Assembly (NCBI GenBank): GCA_937921735.1
Contig: CAKZTQ010000021.1
Location: 1 to 58,432, forward strand
Length of the DNA stretch: 58,432 nt
From: an uncultured archaeon
Lineage (GTDB): Archaea; Hadarchaeota; Hadarchaeia; Hadarchaeales; Hadarchaeaceae
Direction of reading: 5' to 3'
The translations under genes and the position numbers were made by a program. This document shows, piece after piece, positions 47,722 through 58,029 of the stretch (position 1 is its first letter; each line of letters begins with the position of its first letter). The notes beneath the pieces are model-generated. The model worked only from the letters and a program-made list of their open reading frames with translations. It searched no databases and had not been told where the DNA came from.

Positions 47722-48255
47722 ATGATAGAGGTGAGGTTCCACGGCCGCGGTGGCCAGGGAGCGGTGACCGCCGCCAGGCTGCTGGTGGAGGCGGCCTTCC
47801 TCGAGGGCAAGTACGGCCAAGCGTTCCCCTTCTTCGGCGCCGAGCGCAGGGGGGCACCGATCGTGGCCTTCGCGCGGATCGACGACAAGCCCATAAGGAC
47901 GAGGACGCAGGTGTACGAGCCGAGCCACGTCGTCGTGCTAGACCCCACGTTGCTCGAGGTGACGAACGTCGCGGCTGGCTTGAAAGCTGGCGGCATCGTC
48001 GTGGTGAACGCCAAGGAAGCACCCACCGGCCTCCCCGCGGGGAGGCTCGCCGTCGTCGACGCCACGGGCATCGCCCTCGAGACCCTCGGCGCGCCCATAA
48101 CCAACACGGCGATCCTCGGGGCCCTCGCGAGGGCGACGAAGCTCGTGTCGCTGGACTCCCTCGTGAGGGCGGTCGGGAACTACTTCGGCGACAAGCTCGC
48201 GGAGAAGAACATAGCCGCCGTCAGGGTCGCGTACGAGCGGACGAAGCTTTTGTGA
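47722..48255 (+). CDS. porC: 2-oxoacid (pyruvate/ketoisovalerate):ferredoxin oxidoreductase gamma subunit
   Basis: [30 protein letters not shown]. Confidence 0.93.
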   Translation: MIEVRFHGRGGQGAVTAARLLVEAAFLEGKYGQAFPFFGAERRGAPIVAFARIDDKPIRTRTQVYEPSHVVVLDPTLLEVTNVAAGLKAGGIVVVNAKEAPTGLPAGRLAVVDATGIALETLGAPITNTAILGALARATKLVSLDSLVRAVGNYFGDKLAEKNIAAVRVAYERTKLL

Positions 48256-48313
48256 GAGGACCAACGCGGCTGAGCGCACAAAAAACTTTTTAGCGAGTTA
48301 CGTAGCCTCTTGG

Positions 48314-48592
48314 ATGGTTGAGGGCGATATATTGAAGATAATCGCCGGAGCCGTCATAACCGAGCCGGGCAACACCGCGCAGACCGAGACCGGGAGCTGG
48401 CGCAACTTCAGGCCCGTGATCGACGAGGCGAAGTGCACGGGCTGCGGCATGTGCTGGATGTTCTGCCCGGAGCCCGCGATCTCCAAGGGCAAGCCCGCGA
48501 GGGTAGACTACCGCTACTGCAAGGGCTGCGGCATTTGCGCCAACGAGTGTCCCTTCAAGGCCATAACCATGGTCCCGGAGGGGAGGGATTGA
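48314..48592 (+). CDS. porD: 2-oxoacid:ferredoxin oxidoreductase delta subunit
   Basis: TGSWR..RP, CTGCGMCWMFCPE, YCKGCGICANECP. Confidence 0.93.
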   Translation: MVEGDILKIIAGAVITEPGNTAQTETGSWRNFRPVIDEAKCTGCGMCWMFCPEPAISKGKPARVDYRYCKGCGICANECPFKAITMVPEGRD

Positions 48593-49773
48593 AGCAGGTG
48601 CTGACCGGCAACGAGGCGGCCGCGATCGCCGCGAAGCTGGCTCGCGTCAAGGTGATCTCCGCCTACCCGATAACCCCCCAGACGGCCATCGTGGAGAAGC
48701 TCGCGGAGTTCGTGGCCAACGGCGAGCTGGACGCGGAGTTCATGAAGGTCGAGTCGGAGCACAGCGCCATGAGCGCCTGCATAGGCGCCGCCGCCGTGGG
48801 GGCCAGAGCCTTTACCGCCACCTCCTCGCAGGGGCTAATGCTCATGAGCGAGATGCTCTACATCGCGGCCGGCCTGAGGCTGCCCATCGTCATGGCCAAC
48901 GCCAACCGGGCGCTTTCGGCACCGCTTAACATCTGGTGCGACCAGCAGGACTCCATGGCCGTGCGAGACAGCGGCTGGGTGCAGCTCTACTGCGAGGACA
49001 ATCAGGAGATCCTCGACTCGATACTGCAGGCCTATCGCGTGGCCGAGGAGCTGATGCTGCCCGTGATGGTGTGCTTCGACGGCTACATCCTATCGCACAC
49101 GGCCGAGCCCGTGGACGTGCCAGAGCAGGAGGAGGTCGACGACTTTCTGCCGCCCTACAGGCCTCGCCACCCCTTGGATCCAGCCATGCCCGTCACCATG
49201 GGGCCCGTGGGCGTGCCGGAGTACTACCAGGAGATAAGGTATATGCTGCACGAGGCGGTGCGTGCGGCGAGGGACAAGATAGTCGAGGTGGACAGGGAAT
49301 ACGGCAAGCGGTTCGGCAGGCGCTATGGCCTGGTCGAGTGCTACCGAAGCGATGACGCGGAGATAATCCTCCTCACGCTGGGCTCGCTGAGCGGCACCGC
49401 GAAGGACCTCATCGACCGCTCCCGCAAGCGGGGGGAGAGGGTGGGGCTGGTGAGGGTGCGCGCCTACAGGCCCTTCCCGCGAGAGGTGCTGGTGAAGGCT
49501 TTGGAGCACGCGAAGGTGGTCGCCGTGCTCGAGAAGGACATCTCGCTGGGCTGGGCCGGGGCGCTTTTCGCCGACGTCTCCTGTGCGCTGGCCAACGTCG
49601 AGGGGGCGCCCCTCCTCATGAACTTCATCTGCGGGCTCGGAGGGCGCGATGTATCGCCCCTCCAAATCAGGGAGGCGCTGCGCGCGGCGGCGAGGGCGGC
49701 GGAGGTGGGGGAGGTGAAGAGGCCCGTGCGCTGGCTTGGGCTCAGGGAGAAGCTCGTGGGGCTGGGGATATGA
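48589..49773 (+). CDS. porA: 2-oxoacid:ferredoxin oxidoreductase alpha subunit
   Basis: TGNEA, AYPITPQT, VESEHSA, TATSSQG; TTG start overlapping the porD stop. Confidence 0.93.
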   Translation: MKQVLTGNEAAAIAAKLARVKVISAYPITPQTAIVEKLAEFVANGELDAEFMKVESEHSAMSACIGAAAVGARAFTATSSQGLMLMSEMLYIAAGLRLPIVMANANRALSAPLNIWCDQQDSMAVRDSGWVQLYCEDNQEILDSILQAYRVAEELMLPVMVCFDGYILSHTAEPVDVPEQEEVDDFLPPYRPRHPLDPAMPVTMGPVGVPEYYQEIRYMLHEAVRAARDKIVEVDREYGKRFGRRYGLVECYRSDDAEIILLTLGSLSGTAKDLIDRSRKRGERVGLVRVRAYRPFPREVLVKALEHAKVVAVLEKDISLGWAGALFADVSCALANVEGAPLLMNFICGLGGRDVSPLQIREALRAAARAAEVGEVKRPVRWLGLREKLVGLGI

Positions 49774-50654
49774 CGGCAGCGCCGCCCGGCATTCCAGAGG
49801 AGGAGCTCCTAGCTCCTGGCCACCGCGCCTGCGCGGGCTGCGGTTGCGTGCTGGCGATGAGGTACCTGCTGAAGGCGCTGGGGAGGAACATCGTCGTCAG
49901 CATGGCGACGGGCTGCATGGAGGTGGTGACGACCCCCTACCCCGAGACGTCTTGGAGGGTGCCTTGGATCCACTCGGCCTTCGAGAACGCCGCGGCCACG
50001 GCGGCGGGCATAGCGGCTGGGTTGAAGGCGTTGGGGAAAAAGGGGGTAAAATCCGTGGCGATCGCCGGCGACGGCGGCACGGCGGACATAGGCCTGCAGG
50101 CGCTCTCGGGCGCGGTGGAGAGGGGGGACAACGTGTTGTTCTGCTGCTACGACAACGAGGCCTACCAGAACACGGGCATCCAGCGCAGCGGGGCCACGCC
50201 GTTCGGCGCGTGGACGACCACCACCCCCATAGGCAGGGTCAAGAGGGGGGAGGACAGGCCCAAGAAGGACGTGCCGGCGATCATCGCCGCCCACGGCGCC
50301 CCCTACGTGGCCACCGCCTCGGTCGCCTACCCTCTGGACTTCATCAACAAGCTCAGGAGGGCCGCCGCCATAGAGGGGCCCACCTACGTGCACGTGCACG
50401 CGCCCTGCGTGCCAGGTTGGCGCATAGAGACGAGCAAGACCATCGAGGTGGCTAGGCTGGCGGTGCTCACCGGCGCATGGGTGCTCTACGAGATCGAGCG
50501 GGGGCAGCTGAGGGTCACCTTCAAGCCCCCCAAGCGCAGGCCCGTCGCCGACTACCTCAAGCTCCAGGGGAGGTTCAGGCACCTCACCGAAGAGGAGATC
50601 GCCCAGATCCAGCGAATGGTGGACGAGCAGTGCAGGCGCTTCGGCATCGAGTGA
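49770..50654 (+). CDS. porB: 2-oxoacid:ferredoxin oxidoreductase beta subunit
   Basis: GHRACAGC, TGCMEV, FENAA, GDGG, YDNEAY.NTG.QRS. Confidence 0.93.
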   Translation: MTAAPPGIPEEELLAPGHRACAGCGCVLAMRYLLKALGRNIVVSMATGCMEVVTTPYPETSWRVPWIHSAFENAAATAAGIAAGLKALGKKGVKSVAIAGDGGTADIGLQALSGAVERGDNVLFCCYDNEAYQNTGIQRSGATPFGAWTTTTPIGRVKRGEDRPKKDVPAIIAAHGAPYVATASVAYPLDFINKLRRAAAIEGPTYVHVHAPCVPGWRIETSKTIEVARLAVLTGAWVLYEIERGQLRVTFKPPKRRPVADYLKLQGRFRHLTEEEIAQIQRMVDEQCRRFGIE

Positions 50655-50692
50655 ACCACCGAAGCACCTCGAAGCGGGCTGAGGCTGGCAAC

Positions 50693-53038
50693 ATGCGAGC
50701 GCGAGCGGAGATCGCGGTCACCGGCATCGTCCAAGGTGTCGGCTTCAGGCCCTTCGTCTACAGGCTTGCCACCCGCTACGGCCTCGTCGGCTTCGTCCGC
50801 AACATGGGCGACGCCGGCGTGCAGGTGGTGGTGGAGGGGGAGAGGGAGGCGATCGAGGGCTTCCTCAGCTCCTTGAGGGCGGAGCGGCCGCCCCTCTCCA
50901 GGGTGGACGACGTCCGCGTCCTCTGGGGGGAGGCGAAGGGCGAGTTCAAGCGCTTCGAGGTGGCGCCGAGCGAGCGCGGTGGGCTTGGGCTGCCCTCCGT
51001 GGTGCCCCCTGACCTGGCGCTGTGCGACGACTGCTTGAGGGAGATGCTCGACCCCCGCGACAGGCGCTACCGCTACCCCTTCATCACCTGCGTCAACTGC
51101 GGCCCCCGGTTCACCATCATAGAGGAGCTTCCCTACGACCGCTCGAGGACCTCGATGAGGGCCTTCCCGCTCTGCGCCGACTGCGAGAGGGAGTACCACG
51201 ACCCAGGCGACAGGCGCTACCGCGCGGAGCCGACGTGCTGCCCCGCCTGCGGGCCCAAGCTGCAGCTCTACTCGGCCAGCGGGGAGGCCCTCGAGAACGA
51301 GGAGCCGCTGCGGGAGGTGGCCGAGCTGCTAGACGAGGGGAACGTCGTGGCGATAAAGGGCATAGGGGGCATCCACGTGGCCGCCGACGCTACCGACGAC
51401 GGGGTGCTCGAGCGCCTCCGACGGTCCTTCAGCCGCCCGCAACAGCCGTTCGCGGTGATGTCCAGGGACTTGGAGGCGGTGCGAACGTTCGCCAGGGTCA
51501 GCGAGGCGGAGGCGGAGCTCCTGACCTCATACAGGAGGCCCATCGTGGTGCTCGAGCGCCTCCCGAGCTGCGAGCTCTCGGAGCTGGTGGCGCCGGGGCT
51601 CGACAGCGTGGGGGTGATGCTGCCTTACTCCGGCATCCACTACCTCATCCTTCGCCACGGCAGGAGGCCGGCCTACGTCATGACCAGCGCCAACCCGCCC
51701 GGCCTGCCGATGATCATCGACAACGCCCAGGCGCTCGCCGAGCTGCGGGACAAGGTGGACTACCTCCTCCTCCACGACCGCGAGATAGTGAACAGGTGCG
51801 ACGACTCCGTGGTGAAGGTGGTCGACGGCAGGGCGACTTTCCTCAGGCGCTCCCGCGGCTACGTGCCCGAGCCCATAAAGCTGGCGTTCGAGAGCGACGT
51901 CGTGGTGCTGGCGCTCGGCGCCGAGCTCAACGTCACCACCTGCCTACTCGTCGGCGACAGGTGCTTCGTGAGCCAGCACATAGGCGATGCCACGAAGGTG
52001 GAGACCCTTGAGTACCTTCGAGTCGCCGCGCAGCGGCTCATGCGCCTCTTGGGCATCGAACGCGTCGATGTGGTCGCGCATGACCTGCACCCGAGCTACT
52101 CGACGACGAGGCTAGCGCCAAAGCTGGCGGGGGAGCTGGGGGCGAGGATGGCGGCTGTTCAGCACCACCACGCCCACCTCTGTTCGCTGCTGGCGGAGCA
52201 GGGCCTAGACGAGCTCGTGGGGATAGCTGCGGACGGGGTGGGCTACGGCGAGGATGGCACGGTTTGGGGGGGAGAGGTGATGGTCGTCAGCTGCGGCTCC
52301 TACGCCCGCGTGGGAGGGCTGATGAGGCAGCCCATGCCCGGCGGCGACTTGGCGACGAGGTTCCCCGCGCGGATGGTGGCGGGCATGCTCTGGCAAGTGC
52401 TCTCGCCCGCTGAGGTGGAGGGGGTTTTGCGAGAGTTCTGCGCCGATGGCTTAAAGCGAGGCGAGATCGAGGTGCGGGCGATATTGAGGCAGCTGGAGCG
52501 CGGGCTCCTGGTGCACTGGACGAGCAGCTGCGGCAGGGTGCTCGACGCCGTCTCCTGCCTGCTCGGCTTCTGCCGCGAGCGCACGTACGAGGGCGAACCG
52601 GCGATCAAGCTCGAGGCGGCGGCGAACGGCGGAGACCCCTATCGGCTCGAGCTGAAGCCCATCGTGAGCGAGGTCGACGGGATGCGGGTGGTCGACACCT
52701 CGGAGCTCCTGCTTGGGGTGCTGGGGGCGCTTCGAGAGAGGGTGCCCCGCAGGCACATCGCCGCCGCCGCGCAGCGCGCGCTGGCGGAGGGGCTGGCGGA
52801 GGTGGCCATAGAAGCGGCGCTGGAGGAGGGGATAAAAGCGGTCGGCGCCTCGGGGGGCGTTTTCTACAATCGGGCGATCACAAAGGTCGTCAGGGAGGCG
52901 GTGGAGGGGGCCGGGCTGAGGTTTTTCTCGCACCGGCTCCTGCCGCCGGGCGACGGGGGGATCTCGGTGGGACAAGCCGTCGTCGCAGCCAAAGGAGCCC
53001 TGAGCGCGAGCTCGCCCGTGCGAGGCGTTAACCTTTAG
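50693..53038 (+). CDS. hypF: Hydrogenase maturation carbamoyltransferase HypF
   Basis: GIVQGVGFRPF, CxxC zinc fingers, KGIGG, RRSRGY, HDLHP, QHHHAH, PPGDGGISVGQ. Confidence 0.95.
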   Translation: MRARAEIAVTGIVQGVGFRPFVYRLATRYGLVGFVRNMGDAGVQVVVEGEREAIEGFLSSLRAERPPLSRVDDVRVLWGEAKGEFKRFEVAPSERGGLGLPSVVPPDLALCDDCLREMLDPRDRRYRYPFITCVNCGPRFTIIEELPYDRSRTSMRAFPLCADCEREYHDPGDRRYRAEPTCCPACGPKLQLYSASGEALENEEPLREVAELLDEGNVVAIKGIGGIHVAADATDDGVLERLRRSFSRPQQPFAVMSRDLEAVRTFARVSEAEAELLTSYRRPIVVLERLPSCELSELVAPGLDSVGVMLPYSGIHYLILRHGRRPAYVMTSANPPGLPMIIDNAQALAELRDKVDYLLLHDREIVNRCDDSVVKVVDGRATFLRRSRGYVPEPIKLAFESDVVVLALGAELNVTTCLLVGDRCFVSQHIGDATKVETLEYLRVAAQRLMRLLGIERVDVVAHDLHPSYSTTRLAPKLAGELGARMAAVQHHHAHLCSLLAEQGLDELVGIAADGVGYGEDGTVWGGEVMVVSCGSYARVGGLMRQPMPGGDLATRFPARMVAGMLWQVLSPAEVEGVLREFCADGLKRGEIEVRAILRQLERGLLVHWTSSCGRVLDAVSCLLGFCRERTYEGEPAIKLEAAANGGDPYRLELKPIVSEVDGMRVVDTSELLLGVLGALRERVPRRHIAAAAQRALAEGLAEVAIEAALEEGIKAVGASGGVFYNRAITKVVREAVEGAGLRFFSHRLLPPGDGGISVGQAVVAAKGALSASSPVRGVNL

Positions 53039-53070
53039 AAAGCCGGCGGCGTTGTGCTATTGGCGATGGG

Positions 53071-53925
53071 TTGTGGTTCACGCTCGCTACGCCTAGGCTC
53101 GAGCTCAAGCTGGGGCTCGAGGAGCTGGCCAAGGTCAAGATCCACGAGGAGATCATACCCGAGCTGCTCGACGCCCTCATGAGGGAGATAAGGTCAGACG
53201 GAGAGATGAGGCATCCCGTCATCGTCGACGCCTCGACCCTCGTGGTGCTGGACGGCATGCACCGCGTCGCCGCCCTCCGCGAGCTGGGCTGCGCCTACCT
53301 GCCCGTCTGCCTCGTGGACTATAGGAATCCCCACATCCACGTCGGCTCCTGGTATCGCTCGGTGCGCGGCGAGGCCGACGCCGCCGAACTTCTGGAGGCG
53401 ATGACCTCGCTGGGCCTAAAAGCGGCGCCATCCTCGTCGGAGGCGGCGCTTCAAGCCCTGGACGAGCGCTCCGCGAGCTTCGCCCTGCTGACGAAGGAGG
53501 GCTGCCACCTGCTCAAGGGGGAGGGGAGGAGCATCAGGGAGAGCTACGCTTGGGTCAAGAGGGCCGAGGATGTCCTCAGGGGTAAGGGGCTGGAGGTGCG
53601 CTACGAGGCGGAGAGGGACGCCAAGAGGATGGTGGACTCAGGCGAGGCGATCGCGGCCCTAGCGACGCCCAAGGCCAAGAAGGAGGAGGTGATAGCCGCT
53701 GCCCTGAGGGGCGAGCCCTTCGCGCATAAGACGACGAGGCACGTGGTGCCCGCCAGGCCCATGGGCGTGGATGTTCCGCTGGAGTGGCTGCTAGGCGGGA
53801 GGCCGCTGAGGGAGGCGAACGAGCTCCTGCTGAGGCGGCTCTCCGAGCGAAGGGTCAGGCGCTTACCCAAGGGGAGCGAGTTGGAGGGAAGGCGCTACGA
53901 GGAGGAGCTCTGGGTCTTCGAGTGA
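53071..53925 (+). CDS. serK: ParB/Srx-fold protein, SerK (ADP-dependent serine kinase)-like
   Basis: HEE, DGMHR, LVDY, SWY, KEEV...KTTRHV match my recollection of Thermococcus SerK. Confidence 0.7.
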   Translation: MWFTLATPRLELKLGLEELAKVKIHEEIIPELLDALMREIRSDGEMRHPVIVDASTLVVLDGMHRVAALRELGCAYLPVCLVDYRNPHIHVGSWYRSVRGEADAAELLEAMTSLGLKAAPSSSEAALQALDERSASFALLTKEGCHLLKGEGRSIRESYAWVKRAEDVLRGKGLEVRYEAERDAKRMVDSGEAIAALATPKAKKEEVIAAALRGEPFAHKTTRHVVPARPMGVDVPLEWLLGGRPLREANELLLRRLSERRVRRLPKGSELEGRRYEEELWVFE

Positions 53926-54097
53926 CCGCCCGACGGCTACCCCTTCAGCCGCGGCACTCGATGCCTCGTCCTGCGCGGCGACCGGCAATCGAATGATTTA
54001 AATACAAGTTCTGTATATGAAAAGCAAATCTCAGAAGCGGCGTTGGCCGCAATCTACGGCGATAGCAGCTACTATTCTGAGGTTTGAGGTGGTCAAG

Positions 54098-54193
54098 ATG
54101 AAGAGCATCTATCCTAGACTAGGTCGCATCGCGGGCAAGAACGCCCGCAAGAACTTGGATAGGCTGAAGAATCTTTCGCTCGTGTATCCTTAG
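54098..54193 (+). CDS. 31-aa basic microprotein (possibly extends to ATG 54017)
   Basis: MKSIYPRLGRIAGKNARKNLDRLKNLSLVYP*; GAGGTGG SD, upstream TTTAAATA, downstream T tract. Confidence 0.45.
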   Translation: MKSIYPRLGRIAGKNARKNLDRLKNLSLVYP

Positions 54194-54280
54194 CTGGGCC
54201 TCTCTCTCGAATTTTTCCACCTGCTCGCGCGCGGTCTTCTTCGGAGGACCCCTCGCCCCCTTGTCGGATATTCGACATCG

Positions 54281-55450
54281 TCACGCCCGACGCCGCTCCC
54301 TAAGCACCACGAGCAGAACAGCCGCAGCAGCGAACGACAGCGCCGCCCCGTACGCGAAGGCCGCGCCGGAGCTTACCTCCGCCCAGATGACGCCCGCGAT
54401 GAGGCTCGAGGGAAACGTCGCTAGCCCGACGAAGGTGTCGAACGCCCCCATCGCCGTCCCCCTGAGTTCGGGAGTTACCAGATCGGCGACGTACGCCTTC
54501 TGCACCCCCTCGACGATGCCCCTGGAGAGGCCATAGGCGGCGAAGAGCAGCAGGGCATGCCAGGCGCTGGAAGCGAGGGCGAAGCCGACGCAGGTCAGGG
54601 CGAAGGTGCAGTAGCCCAGCGCGATCACCGGACGCCTGCCCACGCGGTCGGAGAGCACGCCCGCCGGCAGCGAGGCGAACGCGTACACCACGTTGTGGAA
54701 CATGTAGAGCAGGACCGCGTGCGCGGCGGCGATGCCCAGCTCCCTCGCCCTAAGCATGAGGAAGGCCCAGCTGAAGTTGCCTAGCGCGAAAATCGTCGCC
54801 ACCGCCACGTAGAGCCTGAACTCGGGGCTCAGGGACCCGACGCCCAGCCCGAGCGAGGTGCCGACCGCCCGCCTCCGCACCTCCCCCACGAACAAAGCCA
54901 GCACGAGGACGGCCAGGGCGGCGGGCAGGACCGACGCGAGGAAGACGCGCCTGTAGCCGAGGATCGGCAGGAGGGCGAACGCCAGACCTGGCCCCAGCAC
55001 CGCGCCGAGGGTGTCGAGCGTACGGTGAAGGCCGAAGGCCTTGCCCCTCACGTGAGCTTCGCTGGAATCCGCGATCATGGCATCCCTCGGCGCGGTCCTC
55101 ATGCCCTTCCCCACGCGGTCAGCGAACCTCACGCCAAGCGCGTGGGGCCAGGAGGTGGCGAGCGCGAGCATCGGCTTCGCCGCCGTCGAGAGCCCGTAGC
55201 CAAAGAGCAGGAAGGGCTTCCGCCTGCCCACCTTGTCCGACCACCAGCCCGAGACCACCCTCAGCAGGCTGGCCGCGCTCTCCGCGAGCCCCTCCATCAG
55301 CCCCAGCAGGGCCGGACTGGCGAGGAGCACCTCGGTGACGAAGAGGGGAAAGAGGGGGAGGATCATCTCCGTGCTCACGTCGGTCAGGAAGCTGGCGACG
55401 CCCAGCACGAGGACGTTGAGGCCCAAGCCAGCAAGCAGGCCGCGGCGCAT
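54281..55450 (-). CDS. MFS transporter
   Basis: ~12 TM helices, SDKVGRRK and SDRVGRRP motif A, DRVGKGMRTAPRDA. Confidence 0.92.
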   Translation of the reverse strand: MRRGLLAGLGLNVLVLGVASFLTDVSTEMILPLFPLFVTEVLLASPALLGLMEGLAESAASLLRVVSGWWSDKVGRRKPFLLFGYGLSTAAKPMLALATSWPHALGVRFADRVGKGMRTAPRDAMIADSSEAHVRGKAFGLHRTLDTLGAVLGPGLAFALLPILGYRRVFLASVLPAALAVLVLALFVGEVRRRAVGTSLGLGVGSLSPEFRLYVAVATIFALGNFSWAFLMLRARELGIAAAHAVLLYMFHNVVYAFASLPAGVLSDRVGRRPVIALGYCTFALTCVGFALASSAWHALLLFAAYGLSRGIVEGVQKAYVADLVTPELRGTAMGAFDTFVGLATFPSSLIAGVIWAEVSSGAAFAYGAALSFAAAAVLLVVLRERRRA

Positions 55451-55470
55451 GATATCAGCTGCTCGTTTGC

Positions 55471-56160
55471 CTAACGGCCTTGACCCTCGGGCGAGGAGTA
55501 GATGTCCGGTTCCCTCCTCGCGCGGAGCAGGCGCTCGATCTCCTCGTCGCCCCGCAGCTTGCTAGCGTCGAGACGCTCGAGGTGGGTGAAGTCGCCCGTG
55601 GCCCTTCTAAACCTGGGCCTCGCCTCCTCCCCGGGGTAGCCCAGCTGGAGGACCTCCAGCACCCGTAAATGCTGGGGCAGGCCGAGGAGCCGGGCAAGCG
55701 CCCCCTCGCAGAGGCGGTCGACGGTGCCCCAGCTAAGCGCCAGCCCGCAAGCCCTCGCGGCGAGCATCATGTTCTGGATCGCCGCCGCCACGCTGACGTG
55801 CAATATCCTCTCCCTGTACCCCACCTTCGGGTAGGCCCTCTTGAAGCGTGAGTCGGCGCAGACCGCGATGAGCAAGGGCGCCTCGGTGAACCTCGCCCGC
55901 AGCCGCTCTTCCCCCTCGTAGGGGAAGCCCAAGTCGACCTCCCTCGCCTTCCGATGGGCGGCGGCGAAGATCCTCGCGACCTCGCGCTTGAGCTCAGGAG
56001 CCCCGATCACCACCAGCTCCCAGGGCTGGGTGTTGGCGCCCGAGGGGGCCCAACGAGCCGCCTCGAGAATCTTCTGCAGGCAATCGTCGGGCACTCGGTC
56101 TGGCCTGAAGCTCCTGACGGTGCCCTTGGCCATGAGCTCGAGGAGATCGTCGACCCGCAT
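55471..56160 (-). CDS. Nitroreductase-family protein
   Basis: VRSF, ARWAPSGANTQPW, AAIQNMMLAA..GL, LGYP. Confidence 0.9.
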   Translation of the reverse strand: MRVDDLLELMAKGTVRSFRPDRVPDDCLQKILEAARWAPSGANTQPWELVVIGAPELKREVARIFAAAHRKAREVDLGFPYEGEERLRARFTEAPLLIAVCADSRFKRAYPKVGYRERILHVSVAAAIQNMMLAARACGLALSWGTVDRLCEGALARLLGLPQHLRVLEVLQLGYPGEEARPRFRRATGDFTHLERLDASKLRGDEEIERLLRARREPDIYSSPEGQGR

Positions 56161-56176
56161 TGACCTCGCCACAGCG

Positions 56177-58027
56177 TTACCCCACGAAAGCCGGCCGCCT
56201 GGAGAGCAGCCTAGGCAGGGGCAGGGACCTGAAGGGGTAACCCTTGGTCCTCTCCTCGACGTAGCGGACGAGCTCCTGCAGCCCCATCTCCACCATCCTG
56301 CCCTCATCCCTGAGCCTCACCTGAAACCTGCCGGTCCCCCTCTCCCTCTCGCCCACCACGACGATGACGTTGATCCACTCCACCTCCGCGTCCCTCACCT
56401 TCCTCGCCACGCTCTCGTCCCTGTCGTCGATGTCCACGCGTATGCCGTGCGCCTCCAGCTTCGAGGCGACCTCCTCGGCGAAGGACACGAGCGACTCGTT
56501 GACGGGGCAGAGCCTAACTTGCGTGGGCGAGAGCCAGAGCGGCAGGCTCGGACGACCCCCGGCCTTCATGCGCTTGGCCGCCTCCTCCAAAAGGGCGTAG
56601 ATCCATCGCTCTATCGACCCCATCGAGGAGTGGAGGATGATGCAGCCCCTCCTCTCTCCGCGCTCGTCGACGTAGAAGATGCCGTAGCGCTCGGAGTCCT
56701 CGACGTCGAGCTGCACCGTCGCCAGCTGGGCGTTGCCGCCCACGGAGTCGATCGCCTGAAGCTCGTGCTTCATCACCCAGTAGTGCTTCCGCTCGGGGAG
56801 GAGCTCGATGAGCGCGGGCTTGCCCATGCGCCCGACTAGGCCGGCGATGAAGTCCTTGTTGCCCTCGTAGAACTCCTTGACCACGCGGAAGGCGACGACG
56901 TACTCCACCCCCATGGCGTCGACGAGCTCAGCGTACTTCAGGAAGAGCCTCTCGTATTCCTCCAGCCCCTGCTTTAAGTCGCGGCAGAAGCAGTGCACGT
57001 CGGGCATGGTGAAGGCACGAAGGCGTTTGAGGCCCACGCACTCGCCGCTCTGCTCCAGGCGATAGGACGGCGAGAGCTCGAACACCCTCAGGGGCAAGTG
57101 GCGGTAGCTGAGCACGGCGTCCCTCATCATCCGAAACAGCCCGAAGTCGCCGGCGAACCGCAGCAGCAGCGACCTGCCCGGCAGCTCGACCTTGTACTCC
57201 CGCTGGAGGAACCTCGAAGCCTGCTCGCCTATGTCGGGCTCGTCCGCCCGGTAGAGCGCCGGGGTCTCTATCCTCACCGCCCCCAGCTGCTCGGCGAACC
57301 TCGCCGCCAGGTCCTCGAGAAGGCCCTTCACGAGGGCCCCCTTGGGGTAGAAGCGGAGGTGGCCGACGTCGCTCGCCGGCTCGCGGTCGACCAACTCCAG
57401 GCGGCGCATCAGCTTGACGTGCGGCGGCTCCTCCCCCGGCCTCACGCCGAGCTCCTCGCTGAGCACGAACTGCTTGAGCAGGGGATGTTCGCGGAGCACC
57501 TCGCAGGCCTCGATGTTGCCCAAGTCGAGCCGGTGCTCCCCGCCGTCGGGCGTCAGCAGGAGGTACTCGCTCGGCGGCTTGGCCTCCCTAGGCGCCGGAG
57601 CCGCCTCCGCGGTTATCGTGCGGGAGAGCTCGCTCAGCGGGTGCCCCTTGCAGCTGAGCTTGAAGGCCTTGTACCAGCCGAACGGTAGGCGGAGCACCTC
57701 CAGCCCCCTAGCGAGAAGCCCCTCGCGGATCAGCTCGAGGACCCTCATCGCCGCCGCGGGAGAGGCGAGGGAGGGGCTGAGGTGGGCGTAGGGATAGAGC
57801 ACGACCCTCTCGGCGCCCACGCGCTCGCGGACGCTGGCTATCTCCTCCGCCGCCCTCTCCGCGACGCCCTCTGGGTTCGAGCCATCGGCCTCCTCGACCG
57901 CCACGAACGCGACCAGCGCCTCCTCCGCCCTCCCCCGCTTGAGCTCCTCCGGCAGGGGCTCCGCTGCAGGGGTGGGTTGCGTGGCCTCGAACTCCAGGTG
58001 ATCCACGTGGATCAACAACATGCGCAA
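56177..58027 (-). CDS. thrS: Threonyl-tRNA synthetase, archaeal type with N-terminal editing domain
   Basis: LLIHVD, YPYAHLS, PFGWYK, CKGHPLSELSR, RLRAFTMPDVH, GSIER, PLWLSPTQVR. Confidence 0.96.
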   Translation of the reverse strand: MRMLLIHVDHLEFEATQPTPAAEPLPEELKRGRAEEALVAFVAVEEADGSNPEGVAERAAEEIASVRERVGAERVVLYPYAHLSPSLASPAAAMRVLELIREGLLARGLEVLRLPFGWYKAFKLSCKGHPLSELSRTITAEAAPAPREAKPPSEYLLLTPDGGEHRLDLGNIEACEVLREHPLLKQFVLSEELGVRPGEEPPHVKLMRRLELVDREPASDVGHLRFYPKGALVKGLLEDLAARFAEQLGAVRIETPALYRADEPDIGEQASRFLQREYKVELPGRSLLLRFAGDFGLFRMMRDAVLSYRHLPLRVFELSPSYRLEQSGECVGLKRLRAFTMPDVHCFCRDLKQGLEEYERLFLKYAELVDAMGVEYVVAFRVVKEFYEGNKDFIAGLVGRMGKPALIELLPERKHYWVMKHELQAIDSVGGNAQLATVQLDVEDSERYGIFYVDERGERRGCIILHSSMGSIERWIYALLEEAAKRMKAGGRPSLPLWLSPTQVRLCPVNESLVSFAEEVASKLEAHGIRVDIDDRDESVARKVRDAEVEWINVIVVVGERERGTGRFQVRLRDEGRMVEMGLQELVRYVEERTKGYPFRSLPLPRLLSRRPAFVG

Positions 58028-58029
58028 GG

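Noticed and set aside
48433-50692. N-terminal extensions of porA (from 48433) and hypF (from 50477) suggesting fusions
   Set aside because: They are alternate frames of porD and porB; family homology starts at 48589 and 50693
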